From: Thermoplasmatota archaeon
Lineage (GTDB): Archaea; Thermoplasmatota; Thermoplasmata; Halarchaeoplasmatales; Halarchaeoplasmataceae
DNA length: 62,348 bases
Reading direction: 5' to 3'
Assembly (NCBI GenBank): GCA_018334755.1
Contig: JAGXLI010000004.1
Coordinates: forward strand, 1-62,348
Shown: piece after piece, positions 43,620-52,989 of the stretch
How the letters are laid out: the number at the start of each line of letters is the position of its first letter
Position numbering within the stretch: the stretch's first letter is position 1
The notes under the pieces: generated by a model
What the model saw: only the letters and a program-made list of their open reading frames with translations
The model's database searches: none
What the model was told of the DNA's origin: nothing
Position numbers and translations under genes: made by a program

Positions 43620-44362
43620 GATATTCAGAATTCTTAAGAGGTGTGATCACTACTGCTGAAAAAGACGTAAAGATTTACTACAAAAAGCCGCCGGTGATCA
43701 TATTCGGTCTTTTGTTTCCATTTCTGATGTTCCTAGCTTTCTATATAGGCAGGAAAGTGGAATTGAGTCTTTTCTTCCCGGGATTTTTGGCGATGACGCT
43801 GTTTTTCACTTCTTCCTCGGTAGGTCCGCTGGTGACACCGTGGGAGAGGCAGGCAGGTACATACGAAAGACTACTATCATATCCGGTCAACATCAAAGCG
43901 GTATTGATGGGAGATATACTTGCGGGTTCAGTCTTTGGTATAGCGATCTCAAGTGTTGTCCTCGTAGGTAGTTTATTTTTCATAAACATGCAGATCGTTA
44001 ATGTCGGTATGTTGTTAGCTTCGATATTAATGGGAGCCGTAGCTTTCTCATCGCTTGGAGTGCTTATCTCTGCACCAGCGACCACTTCGCCTTCATCGAT
44101 AATGATGCTCTCCAGCCTGATCAGATTTCCACTGATATTCATAAGCGGTATTTTCATTCCGCTCTCGCAGATGAAAGGCGTCATTAAATACATGTCTTAC
44201 ATATCTCCCTTGACCTATCTTGTAGATTCATTCCATTCAGGAATCGGTGGAAAAAATGTTCTACCCACGGGTATCGGAATACTAGCACTATTGATCTTCA
44301 GTGGATTGTTCCTTTTACTAGCCATAAAGATACACAAAAGGAATATGGTGAAGGGACTCTGA
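43616..44362 (+). CDS. ABC-2 type permease
   Basis: Six TM segments; ERQAGTYERLL.YP, ISGIFIP, SPLTYLVD. Confidence 0.9.
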   Translation: MRYSEFLRGVITTAEKDVKIYYKKPPVIIFGLLFPFLMFLAFYIGRKVELSLFFPGFLAMTLFFTSSSVGPLVTPWERQAGTYERLLSYPVNIKAVLMGDILAGSVFGIAISSVVLVGSLFFINMQIVNVGMLLASILMGAVAFSSLGVLISAPATTSPSSIMMLSSLIRFPLIFISGIFIPLSQMKGVIKYMSYISPLTYLVDSFHSGIGGKNVLPTGIGILALLIFSGLFLLLAIKIHKRNMVKGL

Positions 44363-44372
44363 GGTGAAAGAT

Positions 44373-44654
44373 TTATCCAAAGTAGTTTCGGTACTCTGAG
44401 ATTATAGCATCTTTGTACTCTTTTTCCTTTTCAGGAGGTATATAATTATCTTCTTTGAAGCTCTCTATCAATTCGTCTTCGTCGACTTCATCGGGCGCTA
44501 TCTCTTTCTCTTCTAACTCCTCGAAGATCTTTTTCATGCCTCTGATCCCAACTGTCTTTCCATCGATATTTACGATAGTAACGTCACTTGAACCCGAACA
44601 GGCGCAACCTTTACGAGTTTTCTTCAGCCCAAAAGGAGTTTCTTTATCGCCCAT
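44373..44654 (-). CDS. Small conserved hypothetical protein with N-terminal CxC
   Basis: KGCACSG..IDGKTVGIRG..NYIP..Y; starts immediately after the phosphoesterase stop. Confidence 0.65.
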   Translation of the reverse strand: MGDKETPFGLKKTRKGCACSGSSDVTIVNIDGKTVGIRGMKKIFEELEEKEIAPDEVDEDELIESFKEDNYIPPEKEKEYKDAIISEYRNYFG

Positions 44655-45329
44655 CTATACCACCTTACCTGCTCTCAAGATCCTAATGGCTCTTTCAGGG
44701 TAATCTTTTTCTCGCATCTTTTCAATAACCGTTTCGATATCGTATTTTAACCGTTCAAATGTGATCTCATCATCCTCTAACACTGCATATGCTGCTCTAG
44801 TGTCACCGTCTCTAGGTTGTCCTAAACTACCTGGATTGATGTATCTTTTGCCGTCGATTTCTCTATCCATGGGGATATGGGTATGCCCAAGAAGAACTAT
44901 ATCCTGATCTAAATCTTTGAATCCTTCAAACTCGTCCTCTGATGTATCCGGCTTTAGGTACTTGTAGAGATCATCTTTTGAAGCATGAGTCAAAAAATAC
45001 TTCTCCGTAGATTCAGTCATTGGTAGTTCACGAAGGTAATCTTTAGATTCCTCGGATATATCTTCAACTGTTATCTTCCTCACTTCCTGAGATAAGTCCT
45101 TTATCTCGTAGCCACAGCCGCAGTCTACACCGAACGCCGCGGCGTTATCGTGGTTCCCTCTAACTACAAGATCGGCCTTTTTCTTGATCAGCTCGACACA
45201 TTTTTGATTCGATGGACCGTAATCAACGATATCGCCCATACAGTATATCTTATCCCAATTTTCTTCTCTAAGAACTCCTTTCAACGCTTCGTAGTTCCCG
45301 TGTATATCAGATATAAGCAGTGTTTTCAT
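44655..45329 (-). CDS. Calcineurin-like metallophosphoesterase with extra CGC motif (intact motifs)
   Basis: SDIHGN, GDIVDYG, RGNHD, THAS, GHTH, NPGSLGQPRDG; DCGCG. Confidence 0.9.
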   Translation of the reverse strand: MKTLLISDIHGNYEALKGVLREENWDKIYCMGDIVDYGPSNQKCVELIKKKADLVVRGNHDNAAAFGVDCGCGYEIKDLSQEVRKITVEDISEESKDYLRELPMTESTEKYFLTHASKDDLYKYLKPDTSEDEFEGFKDLDQDIVLLGHTHIPMDREIDGKRYINPGSLGQPRDGDTRAAYAVLEDDEITFERLKYDIETVIEKMREKDYPERAIRILRAGKVV

Positions 45330-45357
45330 CTTAGATACCTCTCAATAATGATCGCTT

Positions 45358-46392
45358 TCAGAAATACTTTCTGGTCCGTTTGGCTATAGCCACAAGAGTC
45401 AACATAACCGGTACTTCAACTAGGACTCCAACCACTGTCGCCAATACGGCCCCGGATGCCATCCCAAATACTGAAATAGCAACCGCTACAGCTAGCTCGA
45501 AGAAATTGCTGGCTCCGATCTCAGCAGCAGGGGCCGCAACATCATGGGGTATCCCCCAAAGATAGGCCATACCGTATGCTATGGAAAATATCGTGAAAGT
45601 GAAGATCGTCAGTGGGATCGCGATCAGCAATATGTGCTCCGGATTACTGACGATGATGTCCCCCTGGAATGAGAACAGGAGTATCAGTGTCAGTAGTAAC
45701 CCCGGGATGGTCAGATCTCCGACCTTTTCTAAAAAGACTTCGTTGTACCAATCTTCGCCTTTTTTATCTATCAGATAGACTCTAGAAAAGGATCCCACGA
45801 CCAAAGGAACACCAACGTAAAGTCCCACGGACATTATCAAAGTGTCGTAAGGAACAGTTATCCCTCCTATGCCCAAAAGGAACGTGACAAGAGGTACATA
45901 GGCGAATAGGAGTATGATATTATTAGTCGATACCTGAACTAAAGTGTAAGCGGGATCGCCGTCTGAAAGATAGCTCCATACGAATACCATGGCTGTGCAG
46001 GGAGCCGCCCCTAGCAAAACGGCCCCAGCGATATATTGATCTTGTAACTCAGTTGAAATAAAACCGCTGAATATCACCTTCATGAATAAATAGATCAATC
46101 CGTACATCACGAAGGGTTTTATCACCCAATTAGAGGTCCAGGTGACGAAGAGTCCTCTAGGTTTTTCTTTGACTCCTAGGATACTTTTGAAATCTATCTC
46201 TGCCATCGCAGGATATATCATGAACCAGATCAAGATGGCTATCGGGATGTTCACGTTCGCATATTCGAATTCGCCTAGAGTCTCAGGAACAAAAGAGATA
46301 TACCTACCTATAGCCACTCCGATGATGATACATGCTGCGACCCATACCGTTAGATACTTTTCGAAAAAACTTAATCCTTGCTCCTCTGCCAT
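45358..46392 (-). CDS. acr3: ACR3-family arsenite efflux transporter
   Basis: FFEKYLTVWV, MIYP, NWVIKPF, APCTAMVFVW, GASNFFELAVAVA, GVLVEVPVML. Confidence 0.96.
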   Translation of the reverse strand: MAEEQGLSFFEKYLTVWVAACIIIGVAIGRYISFVPETLGEFEYANVNIPIAILIWFMIYPAMAEIDFKSILGVKEKPRGLFVTWTSNWVIKPFVMYGLIYLFMKVIFSGFISTELQDQYIAGAVLLGAAPCTAMVFVWSYLSDGDPAYTLVQVSTNNIILLFAYVPLVTFLLGIGGITVPYDTLIMSVGLYVGVPLVVGSFSRVYLIDKKGEDWYNEVFLEKVGDLTIPGLLLTLILLFSFQGDIIVSNPEHILLIAIPLTIFTFTIFSIAYGMAYLWGIPHDVAAPAAEIGASNFFELAVAVAISVFGMASGAVLATVVGVLVEVPVMLTLVAIAKRTRKYF

Positions 46393-46394
46393 AT

Positions 46395-46670
46395 TTAACA
46401 CCTCTCTTCCAATTTATCTCCCAACTCTTTTCCTTTCTCTAATATCTCGAGTATTTCGGACGCCGAAACCTTGTAGTAGATACGTTTTCCTTCTCGTCTT
46501 TTTTCGATGAGAGCGCAGTCTAACATATCTTTAAGATGATGACTCGTAAGAGACTGCTCGAGGTCTAAACATTCCGCGATCTCGTTAACACATTTTTCCT
46601 CCTCCCCTATGCAATAGAGTATCTTTCTGCGGTTGGTGTTGCTCAAACACTTGTATAAACGATCATTCAT
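46395..46670 (-). CDS. arsR: ArsR/SmtB-family repressor
   Basis: LSNTNRRKIL..KCVNEIAECL..QSLTSHHL..REGKRIYY; directly upstream of acr3. Confidence 0.9.
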   Translation of the reverse strand: MNDRLYKCLSNTNRRKILYCIGEEEKCVNEIAECLDLEQSLTSHHLKDMLDCALIEKRREGKRIYYKVSASEILEILEKGKELGDKLEERC

Positions 46671-46688
46671 ATGAATAAATAATCATAT
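46665..46688. promoter_or_regulatory. Putative ArsR operator overlapping the arsR start
   Basis: attcatatgaat palindrome overlapping atatga-N8-tcatat. Confidence 0.5.
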
Positions 46689-46757
46689 ATTATTAAAAAA
46701 TCTTTTGGTTCTTTTTTTCGTAAAGTATATTAGTTTTAAAATGCCTTTTTCATCTAA

Positions 46758-47093
46758 ATGCCACTAGAAATTGAGATCCCGGATGAAGTAGAACGAGACC
46801 TAGAACAAGGAGGGGGGATAGCAGAACTTCTGAAGAAGATAAAAGATGAGAAGATCGAGGAACAGAGCCAGATATATAAAGCTCTCTCCAACGAGGTCCG
46901 ATTGAAGATACTGACTCTTCTAGATGAACAGGAACTCTGTGTCTGTCTCTTGAAAGAGCTGTTGGATATCGCTGACTCGAAGTTATCTTACCATCTATCT
47001 ATTTTGAAAGACGTCGGAATGATAGAAGGAGAACGACAGGCCAATTTTGTGATCTATCGTATTACAGAAAAGGGCGAGAGATTTGCACTGTAA
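46758..47093 (+). CDS. arsR: ArsR-family repressor with ELCVC metalloid site
   Basis: KALSNEVRLKIL..ELCVCLL..SKLSYHLSILK. Confidence 0.9.
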   Translation: MPLEIEIPDEVERDLEQGGGIAELLKKIKDEKIEEQSQIYKALSNEVRLKILTLLDEQELCVCLLKELLDIADSKLSYHLSILKDVGMIEGERQANFVIYRITEKGERFAL

Positions 47094-47097
47094 CTTT

Positions 47098-47403
47098 TTA
47101 AAGATCTTCCTCTAACTCTATTTCTATTTTCTTGGATATTTTTTCTTTAGATGGGACTTCGTCCGATGCGACCTTATCACCGCTCACATAAGCGGAGGGG
47201 ACCTTTCTTTGTTTGCCGTCTGGATCGTTCTGATAGCCCTCGGTAGGTTCCACTCGCATCTGGGATCCTGCGTAGTATACATCCAATCTCAATCTATTCG
47301 GATATTTTTCAACGAAATCTTCCATCATATCGATCAATTTATTACATTTAGAAGTGGGAGGTGAGGCCACTAGAAGTTCGATCCTCAATTCATCATCAGT
47401 CAT
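47098..47403 (-). CDS. Thioredoxin-fold-like small protein, single Cys
   Basis: IELLVASPPTSKC (beta1-loop-helix), KVPS cis-Pro-like loop, VSGDKV..VPS; overlaps the ligase stop. Confidence 0.55.
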   Translation of the reverse strand: MTDDELRIELLVASPPTSKCNKLIDMMEDFVEKYPNRLRLDVYYAGSQMRVEPTEGYQNDPDGKQRKVPSAYVSGDKVASDEVPSKEKISKKIEIELEEDL

Positions 47404-48436
47404 GTCTTTTCACCATCCTCTCTACCAATTTTTTAAGATCTCTCTTGAGATGTTCTTCGAGTGCTGAATTATCTATGATATGTAAAGAACTGGTATAAGA
47501 AGTGTCGGATAGAGCATCTATCACCCGATCCAGTTCATCTTGCTCCGATACTATAAAGTCACCCTTTATGGATACTTCTTTAATAACCTCTCCTTCGATA
47601 TCGGCAGAAAGAACGATGACACCTCCTTTTCCCTTAGTAGACACCGTCGCTGACCTCGACTGCTGTTCCTGGTATGTCCAGCTTTCCAATGAATACTTGT
47701 TTTGATAGAGTTCTTCTACCTCCTCCTTCTCTCTATCAGATAGTTCCACTTCTTTCAGATCGATCTCTAAGATAGAAGAGATATGATCCGCTAAAATTTC
47801 CATGACCTCTTCAACTCTTACGGGATGATCGATCAATTCGCTTAAATTCACCACTCTGTTTTTAACACTATTTACATCCTTATCTTCGAATTTCATTTTG
47901 TTGGGTGTAAGAGTGCGGTCTAGATCGTTCTTATCTACATCTACCAAAAATGTTCCGCTGTGGACCATACTCGAGTACCATTCGATCTGTGCTGACCCGT
48001 ATATCTTTTTTCCGTTGACTACGACATCATTAATTCCGCTTATCTCCGCATCTACATCGAATTCATCTAAGGTTTTAATCACTGCATCACCCAATAACCG
48101 ATACAGATCGGATGCTTCTTCGATCGCCAGTTTTGAGAAAAGCTTTTTCTTTCTGAAAAATAGGGAGTAGCAGAAGGTCCCTTCGTCCTGATACACAGCA
48201 CCACCTGGATTCGGTCTTCGGATAACTGGAATATCATTTTCATCACAATATTTTAGATCCACCGCTTCATTCGGGTCCTGATAGATACCTATAAAAACCG
48301 ACGGCTCGACTCTTCTCAACCTCAACGTATCTGGACTCTTATCTTCATCGATACTCCTTAGGAGTGTTTCCTCCACTGCGAAATGCTTCTTTGGTTCCCG
48401 GATGTCATCCTCTAGCAACCTCCAATCTTCAGCCAT
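47396..48436 (-). CDS. Lipoate--protein ligase family protein (LplA-like, with C-terminal domain)
   Basis: WRLL, IGIYQ, RRPNPGGAVYQD, GIND, KKIYGSAQ, HSGTFL, KY..W, I.GDF. Confidence 0.88.
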   Translation of the reverse strand: MAEDWRLLEDDIREPKKHFAVEETLLRSIDEDKSPDTLRLRRVEPSVFIGIYQDPNEAVDLKYCDENDIPVIRRPNPGGAVYQDEGTFCYSLFFRKKKLFSKLAIEEASDLYRLLGDAVIKTLDEFDVDAEISGINDVVVNGKKIYGSAQIEWYSSMVHSGTFLVDVDKNDLDRTLTPNKMKFEDKDVNSVKNRVVNLSELIDHPVRVEEVMEILADHISSILEIDLKEVELSDREKEEVEELYQNKYSLESWTYQEQQSRSATVSTKGKGGVIVLSADIEGEVIKEVSIKGDFIVSEQDELDRVIDALSDTSYTSSLHIIDNSALEEHLKRDLKKLVERMVKRHD

Positions 48437-49112
48437 AATAGATACACCTTTCTTCTTTACAGCCCTCTATATCTCCGGCAAACGGACATTTAAAATCTTC
48501 AATATCATCGAGATCATATTCTTCCTTCAATATGGATATAGCCTGTTCGATCGAGGCATATACACTCTGCTTACAGCATCGCGGACCGCCCATCTCAGCT
48601 ATGGCCTTCAGAGAGTTAGAGGTCGTTCTTAAAGCTAAACTTCTCTCCTCACCTGATCTAAAAGAAGCACCGGTTATCAGTGATACAGCCACACCGGCTG
48701 ATTCACATGCCCCACAAGCGCCCCTGCTTCCACAGGCTCCGTACGGGATGTCTTCAAGCCGTTTCATAGCTGTTTTTATCTTCTTTGAAGAAACATCTAT
48801 ACCTGAATTTCTACAGATCGTTAAAATAACTGGAGCGACCAACAGATGATGTTCTATCCCGTGGGCGTTGAAGGAAGAATGCTTCATTATGAGGGGAGCT
48901 AGTTCGATCGGCTCCGTTCCATCGTAATTTTTACAAGTCCTTTCTATTATCTCTTTAGGACCGGCCAATCTGCACTCTTCACACCGAAAATGACCGTTCG
49001 GACAGATGTAGTCAGCTTCCTCTTTCTCTCCACAGAACATACATTCAGCCTTACCTTCGTGCTTTTCCAAGATCTCGCCACATATGGGGCATGGGAAGCT
49101 TCTCTCAGCCAT
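48429..49112 (-). CDS. Cys-rich DUF5714-like protein
   Basis: CPICG..CMFCG..CPNGHFRCEEC, HGIEHH, GACG..GACG, GGPRCCK, C..ERC. Confidence 0.75.
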   Translation of the reverse strand: MAERSFPCPICGEILEKHEGKAECMFCGEKEEADYICPNGHFRCEECRLAGPKEIIERTCKNYDGTEPIELAPLIMKHSSFNAHGIEHHLLVAPVILTICRNSGIDVSSKKIKTAMKRLEDIPYGACGSRGACGACESAGVAVSLITGASFRSGEERSLALRTTSNSLKAIAEMGGPRCCKQSVYASIEQAISILKEEYDLDDIEDFKCPFAGDIEGCKEERCIYYG

Positions 49113-49875
49113 GTTTACTTTCCTCAGATGGTTGACTATATTCTTTCTTTAGCTTCTTATATGCATTTTTTTCCCTAGAATTTGGTACCGCCTTTTTCGA
49201 TAGATGATCGATGTTATCACTTATCGCCTCAAGGTCTTTAAAAGGAAACCCGAGCACGCTTTCATCGGATTCTATATCTGTTGCGTCTCTACATCCATAA
49301 CATCCATAGCTCAAGTTCATCTTCTGTTCCTTATATGGGATTATCGTTGCATCAACACATGTAGCCTGTAGGATGGCAGTGGAACTTTCCACCCGCTCAC
49401 CACCTTTTGCATTGAGATATGCTAATGAGATCCACATCAAATTTTCCAGCTCACCTTCTATGACTACAACATCCGGTTCAAAGTCAGCTTCTTCCAATGG
49501 AAAAAGATGTATCTCTTGTATTTCACCAAGGTCGAATGTTGTCATCCCTTTGAACATCTCTTTTCCTGTATCTTCTCGCTGTACTATCCCGAACTTAACT
49601 AATCCTTTACCAGATTTCAAACCATCCGGAAGAGGCTTAAACCCGAATGCCCTAGCGGCAGCAGGACAGGCGATACCGTCTCCATCTAATAATACATGCT
49701 CGCCATGTCTTGCTCTCATCAACGCCTGGCAGTATCTATGACCATCTACTCTTTTCACTTTGTCCGATACCTCTTCCCTCTCATCGAATACAAATTTGAC
49801 TCCGACCGGATATGTTTCTAGTCCGATATTTTCTTTAATCGTTTTTGCGTTTTCCCTTATATTCGATGATCTCAT
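49105..49875 (-). CDS. DUF169-family protein
   Basis: PVGVKF, RYCQA, IACPAA..FG, PDVVV, ATCVD, SYGCYGCR. Confidence 0.8.
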   Translation of the reverse strand: MRSSNIRENAKTIKENIGLETYPVGVKFVFDEREEVSDKVKRVDGHRYCQALMRARHGEHVLLDGDGIACPAAARAFGFKPLPDGLKSGKGLVKFGIVQREDTGKEMFKGMTTFDLGEIQEIHLFPLEEADFEPDVVVIEGELENLMWISLAYLNAKGGERVESSTAILQATCVDATIIPYKEQKMNLSYGCYGCRDATDIESDESVLGFPFKDLEAISDNIDHLSKKAVPNSREKNAYKKLKKEYSQPSEESKHG

Positions 49876-49974
49876 GATTTCCCAACTCTCTTTATCTAGA
49901 CATCATAGATTCTAACCCAGGATGAATTTAATCATTAAAGAGATCGAGATTTAGAGTGTGTCTGAAAGGTGCTA

Positions 49975-50211
49975 TTACTCTTTCAACAGTTTTTTTATCT
50001 GGTCTGGATTCAATACTTTTCCGGTAGCTTTGGTTTCACCGTCGATCGCTATACCGGGAGTCGACATGACACCTCTCGCGCTTATCTCCTCCAGGTCCTG
50101 GACCTCTTCGATCTCCGCATCCATCCCGAGTTCGTCTACTGCTTTCTTTGCGTTTTTCTCCAATCTTTGGCATTTTGCACATCCGGTTCCCAATATCTCT
50201 ATCTTTTTCAT
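49975..50211 (-). CDS. Small redox-active disulfide protein (MTH895/ArsE-type thioredoxin)
   Basis: IEILGTGCAKC..GVMSTPGIAIDG..GKV. Confidence 0.92.
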   Translation of the reverse strand: MKKIEILGTGCAKCQRLEKNAKKAVDELGMDAEIEEVQDLEEISARGVMSTPGIAIDGETKATGKVLNPDQIKKLLKE

Positions 50212-50233
50212 ATATATCCACCTCTAAATTTCT

Positions 50234-50599
50234 TTACTCTTTTTGAAGTTTATCAACTAAATTTTCAATATCATCTATGATCTTATCCAATTTTTCTTCG
50301 CTTCTAAGATCACCGGTCTTTTCTATATCGTATCTCTCTGTAATAACTATCTCCTCATTCACCGGTATCTCAGCACTCTTTAAAGCTTTAGTCGCACACC
50401 GAACTTTACAGCCGTTCAAGGCAATATATTCATCGCTACTTTTACCGTTCTTTATTATCCCCTCTATACCCAGTGGTAACCCAAGAGCGCAGACAAAATC
50501 CGTGTTCTCTTTTTCTTTCATTGTGTTCACTACAGCCTTGTTCGACAACGCTCCAACGTTACAGGCCCCTGAACAGGGCAATATTCCTATTTTTTTCAT
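50234..50599 (-). CDS. DGC-domain putative metal-binding protein
   Basis: PCSGACNVG, VCA, LNGCKVRCA (NGC variant of DGC). Confidence 0.85.
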   Translation of the reverse strand: MKKIGILPCSGACNVGALSNKAVVNTMKEKENTDFVCALGLPLGIEGIIKNGKSSDEYIALNGCKVRCATKALKSAEIPVNEEIVITERYDIEKTGDLRSEEKLDKIIDDIENLVDKLQKE

Positions 50600-50621
50600 G
50601 TTTTTTACCTCCGTTTATATC

Positions 50622-51689
50622 TTATCCAACTATCATTCCGTACGTGAATCCCATCAAGGTTGAAAGTACCACAACGATCGCGATATAGGCGAGCCAATGC
50701 TTTAATTTCATGATCCTGAAAAGGACTATCATATTGGGTAAACTCAGAGAAGGACCAGCAAGTAACAAACTCAAGGCTGGAGCATCTCCCATGACTCCAG
50801 AATTGTAACCGAAAGTTTCGCCGATTATCGGCACTTCTAGAAGAGTAGGCATGTAAAGTATAGCTCCTATGATAGAACCGAAGAAAGATGATAACAAGCT
50901 GTTATCTCCCAGATAAGGTCTGAATGTTTCTGGAGGCAAAAAGTAAGCTATCACACCCACTATGAAAGTACCTGCGATCAGTATCGGAAATATCTTTTTG
51001 GTCAGATCCCAAGTTTCGTATCCCCATTCCGTAACTTCACTTGTCTCATAATAATAGATCATTATGACCGCGATAGCCATGGAGAACAAATAGATGATAC
51101 CTATCTTGAGGGCCCAGGAGATACCGGCTGTTCCCACAATCAATATGGCTATCAATAAAATAAAAACACTCAACTTGATCCATTTTGACCTTTTAGGACC
51201 GTTATCGTTAAGAGAGGTATTCTTGTTATTTTTGCTGGTCTCTTCATCGTGAGTTTTGAATAGATTGGACATCACAAAAGCTATGACGAAAGCCATGGCA
51301 ACCGCAGCTATCGCCCTTGCCAATCCTAGTTCGTATCCCAACATGTTAGCGGTGTAAACTATAGCCAAGATATTGACGGCAGGTCCAGAATACAAGAACG
51401 CAGTCGCCGGCCCTACGCCGCTCCCCTTTTTATACAACCCCGCGAACATCGGAAGGATCGTACAGCTGCAGACGGCTAGGACAGCTCCCGAAACAGATGC
51501 GATGGGATATGATATAGTCTTCTTCACGTCCGGTCCGAGATATTTCAGTATAGCGTCCTTTTTGATGAAGGCTGAGATGGCCCCTGCTATGAAGAAGGCA
51601 GGTACTAAACAGGTGAGCACATGTTCTGACAGGTAGGTGTATACGTTCACTAGTCCGCTCATCAAAACCGCATAGAGTATATCCCACAT
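50622..51689 (-). CDS. arsP: ArsP-like permease (DUF318)
   Basis: EHVLTCLVPAFFIAG, LAVCSCTILP, FLYSGPA.N, MPTLLEVP, LLAGPSLSLP. Confidence 0.88.
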   Translation of the reverse strand: MWDILYAVLMSGLVNVYTYLSEHVLTCLVPAFFIAGAISAFIKKDAILKYLGPDVKKTISYPIASVSGAVLAVCSCTILPMFAGLYKKGSGVGPATAFLYSGPAVNILAIVYTANMLGYELGLARAIAAVAMAFVIAFVMSNLFKTHDEETSKNNKNTSLNDNGPKRSKWIKLSVFILLIAILIVGTAGISWALKIGIIYLFSMAIAVIMIYYYETSEVTEWGYETWDLTKKIFPILIAGTFIVGVIAYFLPPETFRPYLGDNSLLSSFFGSIIGAILYMPTLLEVPIIGETFGYNSGVMGDAPALSLLLAGPSLSLPNMIVLFRIMKLKHWLAYIAIVVVLSTLMGFTYGMIVG

Positions 51690-51701
51690 GGTTTAAGCCC
51701 C

Positions 51702-51772
51702 ATTTCAACTTTGTTTAAAATAGCATAACCATAGGTGGTTAATAAGGGTTACGGTTTCAAACTTATTTGAAA
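51702..51772. promoter_or_regulatory. Two related palindromic operator sites upstream of arsP
   Basis: tttcaaa-ctta-tttgaaa (51755-51772) and imperfect atttcaactttgtttaaaat (51702-51721). Confidence 0.55.
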
Positions 51773-51872
51773 TGGGTTATTCACATGTAGACAGATTTCG
51801 GAGCATCCGAAAGAATCATTAGACGCTCCAAGTGTTCATAACATGCTTATAAGATTGGAAGGTGTCACTATA

Positions 51873-52550
51873 ATGAAAATCCTACTCGTATATGATATAC
51901 ACGGGAACTACCAGGCTTTAAAAGAGGTCCTTGCCGAAGAGGACTACGACCGGCTCTACTGCATGGGCGATATCGTGGATTACGGGGCCTCGCCAGAAGA
52001 GTGCGTGACGGAGATGATAGATAAGGCGGATATAGTGATACGTGAAAATCACGATGACGCCGTCACTACCGGAGCAGACTGCGGGTGCAGTTATGAGATC
52101 AAAGATCTTTCTGAAGAGGTGAGAAGTATAACCAAAGAACTTTTGAGTGAAAATTCTATGGGATATCTGAACGAATTGCCTTTTGAAGAAAAAGAAGGCG
52201 ATATCTTTTCCACTCACGCATCCAAAGGAGACCTTTACAAATACCTAAAACCAGATACTCCTGAAAAGAAATTTACTGATTTCTCTGACGTAGATCAAGA
52301 TATCATCATTTTAGGCCGCACACATATACCGATGGACAGAACCATCGACGGTAAGAGACTTTTGAACCCGGGAAGTCTAGGCCAGCCTAGGGACGGAGAT
52401 CCAAGAGCTAGTTATGCTGTTTTTGAGGATGGGGAAGTAAAATTCAAGAGAAAAACATATGATATAGAAAAAGCCAAGAGAAGACTAGATGAGAAAGGAT
52501 TTCCGGAACGTACGAAACGGATATTGGATGCGGGAAAGGTCGTTCCATGA
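51873..52550 (+). CDS. Second CGC-motif metallophosphoesterase paralog with degenerate motifs
   Basis: Colinear with 44655-45329; YDIHGN, RENHD (vs RGNHD), GRTH (vs GHTH), DCGCS kept. Confidence 0.85.
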   Translation: MKILLVYDIHGNYQALKEVLAEEDYDRLYCMGDIVDYGASPEECVTEMIDKADIVIRENHDDAVTTGADCGCSYEIKDLSEEVRSITKELLSENSMGYLNELPFEEKEGDIFSTHASKGDLYKYLKPDTPEKKFTDFSDVDQDIIILGRTHIPMDRTIDGKRLLNPGSLGQPRDGDPRASYAVFEDGEVKFKRKTYDIEKAKRRLDEKGFPERTKRILDAGKVVP

Positions 52551-52576
52551 AAGATTTGATAGGGCGATGATTTGAC

Positions 52577-52918
52577 CTACTTCACCATCGTCAGGAACAT
52601 CTTGAATTTTTCTACGGCTTCCACTGCATGAGGCACGTCAGCGGGCATTACTATCGTTTCTCCGCGCTGCAGTTCGTACTCTTCGCCTTCTATTATCACT
52701 TTTCCGGTCCCTTCCAAGACCTGCAGCAGCGCTTTATGGGGCGATGTATGTTCACTTAAAGTCTGTTCCTCGTCGAAAGCGAAAAGTGTCAGCGTTACTG
52801 TCTCCTTATCGACCAAAGTACGACTCACCACCGATCCTGATTGATATCCAACAAGATCTTCCAGTTCCAATACATCCCCAGTAAGCTCGTCCAGTTGATC
52901 TCTATCTTTTTCTATCAT
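52577..52918 (-). CDS. Cupin domain protein
   Basis: SVVSRTL, LFAFD..LSEHTSP, QVLEG, MPADVPHAV. Confidence 0.9.
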   Translation of the reverse strand: MIEKDRDQLDELTGDVLELEDLVGYQSGSVVSRTLVDKETVTLTLFAFDEEQTLSEHTSPHKALLQVLEGTGKVIIEGEEYELQRGETIVMPADVPHAVEAVEKFKMFLTMVK

Positions 52919-52989
52919 CCTATCTCCTCTCGTTGAAAAAAGGTTCTAGGAAAAAGGTTTTTCGTCTTTCTCTTTTCTCTAGTCCCTGT

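Noticed and set aside
44373-45329. TAG followed immediately by an in-frame ATG (possible pyrrolysine readthrough fusion)
   Set aside because: The paralog at 51873-52550 ends at essentially the same position (GKVVP-TGA), so the TAG is a genuine stop with translational coupling
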